Shown one piece after another: positions 55,224 to 64,000 of a stretch of DNA of 64,000 nucleotides. The notes beneath the pieces were generated by a model. It was not told where the DNA came from and made no database searches. It worked only from the letters and a program-made list of their open reading frames with translations. The first letter of the stretch is position 1; the number at the start of each line of letters is the position of its first letter. Made by a program: the position numbers and the translations under genes. Origin of the DNA: an uncultured Pirellulaceae bacterium (GTDB lineage: Bacteria; Planctomycetota; Planctomycetia; Pirellulales; Pirellulaceae); the NCBI GenBank assembly GCA_964636985.1, contig CAZWSX010000003.1, positions 361,627 to 425,626 of the forward strand. The letters are read 5' to 3'.

Positions 55224-57164
55224 CTACTTGTCTTCGTCCCCAGCGGCAACTGGCGTCGCGCCAAGCGATTGCACGGCGCCCCACTGAGCCTCGGCGGCAT
55301 CACGGAAATGCCCTTCCTGAGTGAGCAATTCGGCGTGCGTGCCTGCCTGAACGATCCGTCCTTCTTCCAGCACGATGACGCGATCAACTCGGCGGAGCGT
55401 GCTCAACCGGTGCGCGATGATCAGTGTGGTTCGCCCGGCCATGGCACCATCGATGGCCGAGAGGATTTCTTCTTCGGTATGCGGATCGACCGAGGCAGCG
55501 GGATCGTCCATCAACAGCACGGCCGGATCGAGCAGCACCGCGCGGGCAATGGCTAAACGCTGCCGCTGGCCGCCTGAGAGATCGAGGCCGGACTCGCCGA
55601 GGATGGTGTCGTACCCGTCGGGCAACTCTTTGATGAACGGATGGGCGGCGGCGATCTTGCAGGCCGTTTCCACTTGTTCCTGCGTTGCTTCGGGGTGGCC
55701 AAACGCGATATTCGCTGAAACGGTGTTGCTAAAGAGGAAGGTCTCCTGGAACACCAGGCCGATCGACCGGCGGACGTCGTCGAGGTTCAGTTCGCGGAGG
55801 TCGATTCCATCGAGCGTGATGCGGCCCGCCGTCGGATCGTAGAACCGACAGATCAAAGCGAAGAGTGTGCTCTTGCCGGACCCTGTCGGCCCGAGAATCG
55901 CCAGCGATTCGCCCATGTCCATCGTGAACGAGATGTCCTTGAGCACCAGCGGCCCATCGCCGTAGGCGAACGAGACGTTTTCGAAAACGAGTCGCCCGCC
56001 AGCATGCGGCAGACGCTGAGCATCGGCTTTCGATTGGACCTCGGTGGGAGCATCGAGGATTTCGAAGACGCGTTTCGCACCGGACAAGCTTTGCTGGATG
56101 CTGTTGGTGATGTTGGTGATATTCGCCACCTGGCTGGAGAACTGCTGCAAATAACCAGCGAAAACAATGAGGCCGGCACCGATGGTGAGAGTCCCCGTCG
56201 AAACCAGCCAGCCACCGTATATCAGCAGAATGACGATGTTCAACTGCGTCATGAAGCCGACCGTCGGCGTGAAGATGCTCACCAGCCAAAAGATGCCTTG
56301 CTGCTGGTCGCGGACGGCATCGTTGCGATTGGCAAATTTGCCGATTTCCTCCGACTCGCGGCCAAACCCTTTGAGCACCTGGGCGCCCTGAATGTTTTCC
56401 GAGAGCCGCAGGATCAAGTCATCGACCAGGTCGCGGTTCTTGTCGTATTGGGGACGGACACGCCGGGAAAACAACTGAGTCGCGATGGCCATCAATGGCG
56501 TCGTCGCCAAGCAGGCAAGCGTGAGCCACGCATGAATCTGCACCATTGCCACGATGTAAAACACAAAGCTGATGGCCAGAACCGCGAGTTGAATCAGCAC
56601 GGCATCGATGAATGCACGTACTGATTGAGCGTCGCTAGTAACGCGATTGATGATCGAGCCGGTGGCGTTAGCGTCGAAAAAGCGGAAGCTCAACCGCTGC
56701 ATCTTGTCGTACAGCATCGATCGCAGATACGGAACGATGCGCGTATGGATGACCCGCCCCGAACTGCGGAGGAAGATGAAATTCAGCGATGCTCGAATTA
56801 TCTCGATCGCCAAAAGCAAAAGGGCGATTCGCACTACCTGCGTCATCGGCGGCGGGGTGGGATTGGGATCGAGAATCGAATAGGGAACCACTCTTGCTTT
56901 GGCCGAGTGATGGATGACATCGATTCCCAAACCGAGCAATTGCAGCGCGGTGATCGTGAGGAACTGGAGAACCGTTTGGAGGCTGAGCATCCACAGGCAT
57001 TGCCAGCGGTAGCGCCAAGTGAACCCGAGCATCCGCCACATCAGATAGGCGCTGCTGGGTTCCGCTGATTTCTCAGGGGCTGATTTCTCAGCGCCCACTT
57101 TCTCAGGGACTGGGATGGCAGCTTTGACGGGGCCGTTCACGCGTGTGGCAGGGTGCGGGGACAA
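55224..57164 (-). CDS. ABC exporter, fused permease/ATPase, partner 2 (likely heterodimer with 53179..55188)
   Basis: TMD plus Walker A GPTGSGKST, signature LSGGQRQRL, Walker B VLLMDDPAS. Confidence 0.85.
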   Translation of the reverse strand: MSPHPATRVNGPVKAAIPVPEKVGAEKSAPEKSAEPSSAYLMWRMLGFTWRYRWQCLWMLSLQTVLQFLTITALQLLGLGIDVIHHSAKARVVPYSILDPNPTPPPMTQVVRIALLLLAIEIIRASLNFIFLRSSGRVIHTRIVPYLRSMLYDKMQRLSFRFFDANATGSIINRVTSDAQSVRAFIDAVLIQLAVLAISFVFYIVAMVQIHAWLTLACLATTPLMAIATQLFSRRVRPQYDKNRDLVDDLILRLSENIQGAQVLKGFGRESEEIGKFANRNDAVRDQQQGIFWLVSIFTPTVGFMTQLNIVILLIYGGWLVSTGTLTIGAGLIVFAGYLQQFSSQVANITNITNSIQQSLSGAKRVFEILDAPTEVQSKADAQRLPHAGGRLVFENVSFAYGDGPLVLKDISFTMDMGESLAILGPTGSGKSTLFALICRFYDPTAGRITLDGIDLRELNLDDVRRSIGLVFQETFLFSNTVSANIAFGHPEATQEQVETACKIAAAHPFIKELPDGYDTILGESGLDLSGGQRQRLAIARAVLLDPAVLLMDDPAASVDPHTEEEILSAIDGAMAGRTTLIIAHRLSTLRRVDRVIVLEEGRIVQAGTHAELLTQEGHFRDAAEAQWGAVQSLGATPVAAGDEDK

Positions 57165-57814
57165 CGAAGTCGGTTCCTTCCACGTGCAATCTAGACGGCG
57201 AGTCGAACTGCGAAAAGGCTGCGACGGCTGCTAGCCCCCTCGAAGTGCGGAAAACACGGAATTCACGGCAAATATCAATAATCCGTCGCTGTGCGAGGGG
57301 CTCCCTTTCCAAAAAAATCCGAGTTCCCTAACTGTCCATCGCAGCGAGAGTTGCAACTTAACAAATGCCTAGTTGGAGGGGTGTGCGGATGGTCCCAAAC
57401 CAAGAGTCGACTTGCGGAAACGATATAATTACAGCCAGTGCTCCCCAAGATGCGGCGAGTCGCAGTTAGGTTCGCCGAGTTTTGGGAAGCTTACGAGAGC
57501 GCACCGCTCTAACGTATTGGTCTCGTGAGTATTCGAGGCCAGCCCAGTGGACCGCCTTCGTTTGGAAATTGATTCCAGCCGAAGGTAATAGTCCGCGTCT
57601 CTCACCATTTCGATTTGCCCCCTAGGTGCGTGGCGGCAAGTTGCAGGCGCTTCCGCCGTCCGGCGAAGCGACACATCTAGCGCGAAGCGATTTCGCCTCC
57701 CGTTTTGAGTTCTCGTCCGCCTTTTGTGCGCGGTCGCCGTGGGAATCCCTATACCCACAGCGTCCCAAACACTTCGGCGAGCGAATACCTCAGCAGCGGA
57801 ACCGGTGCGCGCGA

Positions 57815-57820
57815 AAGGAG
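57815..57820 (+). promoter_or_regulatory. Shine-Dalgarno AAGGAG for the flotillin gene (GTG start 7 nt downstream)
   Basis: gcgAAAGGAGacacacgGTG. Confidence 0.5.
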
Positions 57821-57827
57821 ACACACG

Positions 57828-59789
57828 GTGATATTCATTCTGGAAGTGACTTTGGGGGTCGTTGTTGCTTTGGCGTTACTCGCCATTTTCGTGAGCTTGC
57901 GCTACATCCCCAACAACAAGATCGGGATCGTTGAAAAACTCTGGTCGGCCGCCGGTTCGCTCGGCGAAGGCCAGATTGTCGCCCTCTCGGGCGAAGCCGG
58001 TTACCAAGCCGACATCCTGCGTGGTGGCATTCACCTGGGCTTTTGGCGGTGGCAATTCGCCGTCCACAAACGGCCGCTGGTGATCGTCAAGCAAGGGAAG
58101 ATCGGTTACGTGTTTGCCCGTGGTGGCAAGCCGTTGACGCCTAGCCAGACGCTGGGACAAGTCGTCGATAGCAACTATTACCAAGACGCGCGGATGTTCC
58201 TGAATCAAGGTGGCCAACGTGGTCGCCAACGGGCCATCCTGCGTGAAGGGGTTTATGCCGTGAACCTGGCTTTGTTCAACGTGATCACTGAAGACGGGGT
58301 GTATGCCCTGGAGTGGACGCGCGACCTTGCCGAGTGGCAAGAGACCCTGCAAGCGATTCACGGTTTCGATCCGGTGGTAGTCGGCGCCAGGAAGATCGGC
58401 GAACACGACGACATCGGGATTGTGACCGTGCACGAAGGTCCGGCCCTGCCGCAAGGCGAAATCATCGCCCCGGCGGTCGGTATGGACCCGCTCGAAAAGC
58501 ATTGCCACAACAACTACCAGGACGTGGAAGCGTTCCTGGCGGCTGGTGGCCGTCGCGGTTTGCAGTACGCGCCGCTGATTGACGGGACGTATTTCATTAA
58601 CCGCTGGTTTGCCACGATCGAGTTCATTCCGAAGGAAGTTGTGCCGATCGGCTGCGTAGGGGTCGTCGTTTCGTACTGCGGCCGCCAAGGCGCCGATACC
58701 TCGGGCGTGACCTTCCGACACGGTGAACGCGTTCACGAAGGGGAGCGCGGCGTGTGGGAAAACACGCTCGGCCCCGGCAAGTATCCGTTCAACCGCTATG
58801 CCGGCCAGATCATCCACGTGCCGACCACGAACTTCGTGCTGCACTGGATCACGGGCCGAACGGAGGACCACCGCTTTGACGACAGCCTCAAGAGTATCGA
58901 GCTCATTACCCGCGACGCCTATGAACCAAACCTGCCTCTCTCGGTGGTCGTGCACATCGACTACCAGAAGGCGCCGAACGTGATTCAACGTTTCGGTGAC
59001 GTGAAACAGCTCATTACGCAAACGCTCGACCCATTACTCTCGGCTTACTTCCGAGATATTGCGCACCGTAAGAGCATGCTCGAGCTGATCCACGACCGCG
59101 ACCTGATTCAATCCCAGGCCCGCGACGAACTGCGGGCGAAGTTCACGCTGTTCGACATCGAATGTGTCGACGTGCTGATAGGTAAGCCCGAGGCCGTGAA
59201 AGGAGACAACTCGATCGAAAACTTGCTCGAACAGCTGCGTCAACGGCAATACGCCGTCGAGCAGATGGAAACGTTCGCCAAGCAGGAAGCTGCCGCGGCG
59301 CACGAGAAGACGCTCAACGAAGCGAAGGCCAAAGCTGCTTTGCAGCCGAAGCTGACGCAGTCGAAGATCCAAATCGAAATGGCGGCCAACGAAGCCGACG
59401 CCGAGTTGACTCGTGCCCGCAAGAAGGCCGAGCAGACCATCGTGTTGGCCGAGGCCAACTCGCGGCAGGCCGTGTTGGAGGGTAAAGGTGAGGCCGAAAA
59501 GATCGGCCAGGTGGGTGCCGCCGAAGCCGACGTATTGCGGCAAAAAGTAGCCAGCTTTGGCGACCCCCGTTATTACGCCTTGAGCGTGATCGCGGACCAA
59601 CTTGCCAACAGCAAACAACCGCTGGTGCCGAGCCAAATGTTCGTCACTGGGGGTTCAGGCGGCGAGGCCAGCGGCAATATGCTGTCGGCCCTCGTCGGCC
59701 TGATGACGGCCGACCGACTGGGCTTCGATTACAAACCGATCGTCGCCCGGGAGGTGATGCCGCCGGTCGAATCGAAGAACGGTGCCTAA
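57828..59789 (+). CDS. flotillin-like SPFH/band-7 protein (GTG start preferred over the ORF-track TTG at 57705)
   Basis: N-terminal TM helix (VIFILEVTLGVVVALALLAIFV), then IPNNKIGIVEKLWS...GEAGYQADILRGG, an SPFH domain, and a C-terminal coiled-coil rich in A/E/K/Q (flotillin EA-repeat region). Confidence 0.8.
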   Translation: MIFILEVTLGVVVALALLAIFVSLRYIPNNKIGIVEKLWSAAGSLGEGQIVALSGEAGYQADILRGGIHLGFWRWQFAVHKRPLVIVKQGKIGYVFARGGKPLTPSQTLGQVVDSNYYQDARMFLNQGGQRGRQRAILREGVYAVNLALFNVITEDGVYALEWTRDLAEWQETLQAIHGFDPVVVGARKIGEHDDIGIVTVHEGPALPQGEIIAPAVGMDPLEKHCHNNYQDVEAFLAAGGRRGLQYAPLIDGTYFINRWFATIEFIPKEVVPIGCVGVVVSYCGRQGADTSGVTFRHGERVHEGERGVWENTLGPGKYPFNRYAGQIIHVPTTNFVLHWITGRTEDHRFDDSLKSIELITRDAYEPNLPLSVVVHIDYQKAPNVIQRFGDVKQLITQTLDPLLSAYFRDIAHRKSMLELIHDRDLIQSQARDELRAKFTLFDIECVDVLIGKPEAVKGDNSIENLLEQLRQRQYAVEQMETFAKQEAAAAHEKTLNEAKAKAALQPKLTQSKIQIEMAANEADAELTRARKKAEQTIVLAEANSRQAVLEGKGEAEKIGQVGAAEADVLRQKVASFGDPRYYALSVIADQLANSKQPLVPSQMFVTGGSGGEASGNMLSALVGLMTADRLGFDYKPIVAREVMPPVESKNGA

Positions 59790-59885
59790 CGTAGGTCCGG
59801 TCTCCCGACCGGACGCTGAGCAATGGCAAGCGCCGGCGTTTTGAAAAGCGCCGGCGCCCCACGACTTCGCAACAGGATCAAGAGA

Positions 59886-60215
59886 ATGGAGTTATTTTGC
59901 CAGCGCTGTGGAATGCCCACGAATCTCCCCACGCGAGGGGCGTACATCGTCCGTTGCCACATATGTGGTCATACGATTTACCATGACACGGCGAACGGCC
60001 ACAACGCTTCGATTCATTTTCCCGTCCGCGACTACTTCGCCGATTGGCTGTCGTCGGCACACGAGACCATGTCTAATTTTCTTAATGACACCTACAACCA
60101 CGTCGGGACATTTTTCTCGTACGGCCCCGTCTGGACGGAGTCGGAACAGCACTTCGAAAACAATCCCAACAACTCGCCGCCTGAGGCCCGAGCGCGGTTT
60201 CCGCGTTGGAGGTAA
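59886..60215 (+). CDS. small zinc-ribbon protein (start uncertain; 59823 is the alternative)
   Basis: CQRCGMPTN...RCHICGH is a four-Cys ribbon, directly downstream of the flotillin gene. Confidence 0.3.
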   Translation: MELFCQRCGMPTNLPTRGAYIVRCHICGHTIYHDTANGHNASIHFPVRDYFADWLSSAHETMSNFLNDTYNHVGTFFSYGPVWTESEQHFENNPNNSPPEARARFPRWR

Positions 60216-60227
60216 ACAGCAGAGCGG

Positions 60228-60833
60228 CTAGCCCCAGATGGTGGCCAATTTCAAGACGAAGCCCGGCAGGACAGGATCGCCGCTGACGCTTTCGGGATTG
60301 TCGAGTTGCGTTGGCTCCATGCCGGGCTGGTAGGTCCAGAGCGTTTTGGAATCGGGATCGATGAGCCAGCCGAGACGGACGCCGGCGTCGATGTACTCGC
60401 GCATTTTGGCGTGCAGTGGCGTGAGTGAATCGGATGGTAAACGCAACTCGATGACAAAGTCAGGAGCAAGAGGAAGAAACTTTCGCCTGTGTTCTTTTGA
60501 AAGCTGTTCTACGCGATCACGCAAAACCCAGGACGCATCGGGCGAAAGAACAGCCCCTGTGCGCAACGTAAATCCACCGGATGAGTCGTAGACCTTTCCT
60601 AGGTTTTGAATTCGATTCCAAATCCCGAGTTCCAGATTGAGAAGAGCGTTCATACCGGAGGAATCGGCACCTGCTGGGGGCATAATGACGATGTCTCCAT
60701 TCGCGGCTCGCTCGATACGAACGTCGCGATTGCGTTGGCAGAAGTCGAAGAACTCGTCGTCCGACATGACTTTCCAGCTGGGTCCGAATTGGACAATCAG
60801 CGGAATCTCTGAATCGAAGTGTACTGTCGCCAT
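60228..60833 (-). CDS. Uma2-family (DUF820) PD-(D/E)xK-like endonuclease
   Basis: 201 aa; ...RIERAANGDIVIMPPAG...LAPDFVIELRLPSDS... matches the characteristic Uma2 catalytic-core spacing. Confidence 0.7.
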   Translation of the reverse strand: MATVHFDSEIPLIVQFGPSWKVMSDDEFFDFCQRNRDVRIERAANGDIVIMPPAGADSSGMNALLNLELGIWNRIQNLGKVYDSSGGFTLRTGAVLSPDASWVLRDRVEQLSKEHRRKFLPLAPDFVIELRLPSDSLTPLHAKMREYIDAGVRLGWLIDPDSKTLWTYQPGMEPTQLDNPESVSGDPVLPGFVLKLATIWG

Positions 60834-60922
60834 GGCGATCTCACTGGCAGAACTCGAAAGCTATTAACTTCAAGTATACCTCTGGCAGCTGCGCCGGAAA
60901 AAGCGATTTAGCGGCGAAACCG

Positions 60923-61192
60923 CTAACTCCCTTTCTTCGCACTCACATACAACATTCGCATCTCGTGTAGCACGGCGGTGAGCATGCCGTGTTCGTCGGT
61001 GGAGAGGTTGTTCTTCGTCTTCTGCTCGATGACGTCGAGCAGGTCGATGAAGTGCTTGGCGAGGTCGAAGTTGGGTTCGACTTTCTCTTGGCCGGGGACT
61101 GGCATTTTGCCCATGGCCACCATCGACTGGGTGGCCAAAAGTTGGACCAAGGTCGACATCGACGCGGGCGGGATTTGTTGTTGCTCGGCCAT
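60923..61192 (-). CDS. DUF1844-like small protein
   Basis: MAEQQQIPPASMSTLVQLLATQSMVAMGKMP...HFIDLLDVIEQKTKNNLSTDE...LHEMRMLYV pattern. Confidence 0.5.
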   Translation of the reverse strand: MAEQQQIPPASMSTLVQLLATQSMVAMGKMPVPGQEKVEPNFDLAKHFIDLLDVIEQKTKNNLSTDEHGMLTAVLHEMRMLYVSAKKGS

Positions 61193-61263
61193 ATTGCTCG
61201 TCCTCACTTCACACTACCAATGCTCTTCGCTACAGCGCGTTTCGAATCGGCAAATTCCACCGC

Positions 61264-61291
61264 GCACAGACAGGATTAGGATTGTCTGTGC
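61264..61291. repeat. AGGATT-loop palindromic element, copy 4 (loop duplicated, followed by T-run)
   Basis: GCACAGAC-AGGATTAGGATT-GTCTGTGC-TACTTTTT, 3' of pyrG. Confidence 0.7.
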
Positions 61292-61297
61292 TACTTT

Positions 61298-62929
61298 TTA
61301 GGAAGCTTCGATCATTCGCTCGCCGCGTTGGCTGCGGCGTTCGACGGCCGCGGCCACGAAGCCCGCGAACAAGGGATGAGGCTTGGTCGGCTTGCTCTTG
61401 AACTCGGGGTGGAACTGTACGGCCAGGAACCAGGGGTGGTCGGGGAGCTCGACGATCTCGACGAGCGTGCCGTCGAGATTCGTGCCGGTGAACCGCATGC
61501 CGTGAGCCATGAATTGCTGGCGGTAGATGTTGTTGAACTCGTAGCGGTGGCGATGGCGCTCGGGGACGGTTTCAGTCGCGTAGCAATCGCGAGCCTTGGA
61601 ACCCGCTGCCAGGACGGCCGTTTGCGCGCCTAGTCGCATGGTGCCGCCTTTGTAGGTGATGTTCTTTTGCTCGTCGAGCAAACAGATCACGGGGTGCTTG
61701 GTGTCTTTGCTGAATTCGGTCGAGTGGGCACCTTCCAGGCCGACCACGTTGCGGCCGAACTCGATGACGGCCGTCTGCATCCCCAAGCAGATGCCGAAAA
61801 AGGGGATGCCTTTGGTTCGCGCGAATTGGATGGCCTCGATCTTTCCTTCGATGCCGCGTTCGCCGAATCCGCCGGGGACCAGGATGCCGTCGTAACCGGC
61901 GAGCAGAGGCGCCGCTCCTTCGCGTTCGACTTCTTCGCTGTGGATGCGGCCGACGCGGATTTGCACGCCGTGCAGGATCCCGGCGTGGTCGATCGATTCG
62001 TAGATCGATTTGTACGCATCCTTGTGCTCGGCGTATTTGCCGACCACGGCAATGCTGATTTCCCCCTTGGGATTGCGCAGCGTGTGGAGAAGCTGGCGCC
62101 AGTCGTCCATTTGTAGCCGGCCGGCGTTGAGCCCGAGCTTTTTCACGATGATCTGGTCGAGCGAGTTGTTCACCAGACTGAGCGGCACTTCGTAGATCGA
62201 GAAGTCCTTGTCCCGCTCCTCGATGACGGCCTCGATCGGCACGTTGCAAAAGAGGGCGATCTTCTCGCGGTCGTCGCGGCTGATTTCGCGTTCGGTCCGG
62301 CAAATCAAAATGTCGGGCTGAATACCGATCTGCCGGAGCAAACCGACCGAGTGCTGGGTCGGTTTGGTTTTCAGCTCGCCTGCAGCTTTCAAATACGGGA
62401 CCAGCGTGAGATGGATGTAGAGGCAGTTCTCTTTGCCGACATCGAGCGCATATTGGCGGATGGCTTCGAGGAAGGGCTGACTTTCGATGTCGCCGACGGT
62501 GCCGCCGATTTCGGTAATCACCACGTCGACATCGTCGTCGCCTAACTTGGCGATCACGCTTTTGATTTCGTTGGTGATGTGCGGGATCACCTGGACTGTT
62601 TTGCCGAGAAACTCGCCGCGGCGTTCTTTTTCGATCACCGAGAGGTAGATTTGCCCGGTGGTGTAGTTGCTGTCGCGGGTGAGATCGCTGTGGGTAAAGC
62701 GTTCGTAGTGGCCGAGGTCGAGATCGGTCTCGCTGCCGTCGTCGAGCACGTAGACTTCGCCGTGCTGGTAGGGGCTCATGGTCCCGGGGTCGACGTTGAT
62801 GTACGGGTCGAGTTTCTGCATCCGGACCTTAAGGCCGCGGCGTTCCAGAAGCATCCCGATCGAGGCGCTGGTGAGTCCTTTGCCGAGGCTGCTCACAACG
62901 CCGCCCGTCACAAAAATGTGCTTTGCCAT
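61298..62929 (-). CDS. pyrG: CTP synthase
   Basis: [36 protein letters not shown]-terminus, and a C-terminal class I GATase region GICLGMQ...HRHRYEFNN. Confidence 0.95.
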   Translation of the reverse strand: MAKHIFVTGGVVSSLGKGLTSASIGMLLERRGLKVRMQKLDPYINVDPGTMSPYQHGEVYVLDDGSETDLDLGHYERFTHSDLTRDSNYTTGQIYLSVIEKERRGEFLGKTVQVIPHITNEIKSVIAKLGDDDVDVVITEIGGTVGDIESQPFLEAIRQYALDVGKENCLYIHLTLVPYLKAAGELKTKPTQHSVGLLRQIGIQPDILICRTEREISRDDREKIALFCNVPIEAVIEERDKDFSIYEVPLSLVNNSLDQIIVKKLGLNAGRLQMDDWRQLLHTLRNPKGEISIAVVGKYAEHKDAYKSIYESIDHAGILHGVQIRVGRIHSEEVEREGAAPLLAGYDGILVPGGFGERGIEGKIEAIQFARTKGIPFFGICLGMQTAVIEFGRNVVGLEGAHSTEFSKDTKHPVICLLDEQKNITYKGGTMRLGAQTAVLAAGSKARDCYATETVPERHRHRYEFNNIYRQQFMAHGMRFTGTNLDGTLVEIVELPDHPWFLAVQFHPEFKSKPTKPHPLFAGFVAAAVERRSQRGERMIEAS

Positions 62930-63060
62930 GAGAATCCTTGAGGGGATGCCGCAAGATCACCCCGCAAGGACGGGGCGTTTGGCGGAGTTCCTTTGACGAA
63001 CCCGGCTCGGCACAAGCTTCCCTAGGGTCGCCTCTGCCGTCCCGGACCAAACGGACGATT

Positions 63061-63861
63061 TTATCGTCCTTGGTGCCGCGCGACAAACGCCGCATAATCA
63101 CTTGGCGTATCGATGCCGATGGTGGGTTCGTCGATGACCCCCACGGCAATGGCATGGCCAAAATGCAACACTCGCAGTTGCTCGAGATTCTCGACCACTT
63201 CCAGCGGGCTGCGGGGAAGCGCCGCGATCGACAGAAGAAAATCGCGACGGTACGCGTAGAGCCCTAAATGCTGCAAGAAGGTGGGCGGCTCGCTCGTCAG
63301 CAACTGGTCGTCCCACTCGCGGGCGTGGGGAATGGCAGCCCGGCTGAAATAAAGGGCCTGGCCTTGCCCGTTCATGACGACTTTGACGCACGAGGGATCG
63401 TTCAGTTTTTCTCGGGTGCGAATCGGAGTCGCGAGCGTCGACATGACGGCCGTGGGCTGCTCGACCAGAAGTTCGACCGCGCGATCGATCGCGGCGGGGG
63501 AGATTTCCGGTTCATCGCCTTGCACGTTGACGAAGATATCGACTTCGGGCATTTTTCGGGCGACTTCGGCCACCCGATCGGTCCCGCTGGCGCAGCTGGG
63601 GCTGGTCATGACGACGTGGCCGCCGAAGCTGCGGACGGTGGAAGCGATTTCCTCGTGGTCGGCGGCGACGCATAGGCCTGTCGGCAAGGTCGCCTTGGAA
63701 GCTGCCTCGTAGGTGTGCTGGATCAGAGGGCGGCCCGTCTCGGCCAGTAGCAACTTGCGAGGCAAGCGAGTCGAAGCCAATCGCGCCGGGATCACAATCG
63801 TGCTTTGAGGACGATCAAATCGACGTTCCATCGAGGCCGCTTCCTTGCGAGGAGAATCCAT
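63061..63861 (-). CDS. kdsB: 3-deoxy-manno-octulosonate cytidylyltransferase (CMP-KDO synthetase); alternative start at 63831
   Basis: VIPARLASTRLPRKLL N-terminal motif and VQGDEP... mid motif typical of KdsB. Confidence 0.85.
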   Translation of the reverse strand: MDSPRKEAASMERRFDRPQSTIVIPARLASTRLPRKLLLAETGRPLIQHTYEAASKATLPTGLCVAADHEEIASTVRSFGGHVVMTSPSCASGTDRVAEVARKMPEVDIFVNVQGDEPEISPAAIDRAVELLVEQPTAVMSTLATPIRTREKLNDPSCVKVVMNGQGQALYFSRAAIPHAREWDDQLLTSEPPTFLQHLGLYAYRRDFLLSIAALPRSPLEVVENLEQLRVLHFGHAIAVGVIDEPTIGIDTPSDYAAFVARHQGR

Positions 63862-64000
63862 TTCGCACTGCCGCAGCTATCCGTTCTAGCTGCGGCGGTA
63901 AGTGTAAACGGAGCGGGGCGATCGAGTCGCCCCCAGTTTTGGGGTATCTAGCAGCCCGTTGAATTAAGCCTGTTTTTAACCGGCGAGCGCCAGGCGCTCC

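Noticed and set aside
57705-57827. TTG-initiated N-terminal extension of the flotillin ORF
   Set aside because: A strong AAGGAG Shine-Dalgarno sits immediately before the in-frame GTG at 57828, and the TM helix starts right after it

Overview
GC-rich (~60-65%) chromosomal segment that looks planctomycete-type. The evidence for that is two DUF1501 genes, a DUF1559 prepilin-like protein, an ECF sigma factor next to a Ser/Thr kinase with leucine-rich repeats, and a fused MFS/spermidine-synthase gene. I support about 45 protein-coding genes. These include a conserved DUF95-DUF4129-DUF4350-MoxR-DUF58 operon, two ABC transporter pairs, ilvB, carA, pyrG, kdsB, a flotillin, a rhomboid protease and a TPR-CHAT protein. 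The most unusual structure is a dense tandem array of 21 same-strand tRNA genes at 21789-24470, covering about 18 amino-acid specificities, with several structurally aberrant members. It is flanked by a lower-GC two-gene cassette encoding an HNH-motif protein, with unit-like terminator modules between some tRNAs. A second lower-GC insertion carries a 353-aa protein with a C-terminal Rx4H (HEPN-like) motif that may be abortive-infection-like. The intergenic space holds at least three families of short palindromic elements with conserved loops and covarying stems: an AGGATT-loop family, a GCCA-loop family and GGCGTC-N5-GACGCC. No CRISPR array, rRNA or recognisable transposase/integrase was seen. 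All calls come from reading the ORF translations and the raw sequence by eye. No searches were run, so family assignments rest on recognised motifs and known gene-neighbourhood patterns.
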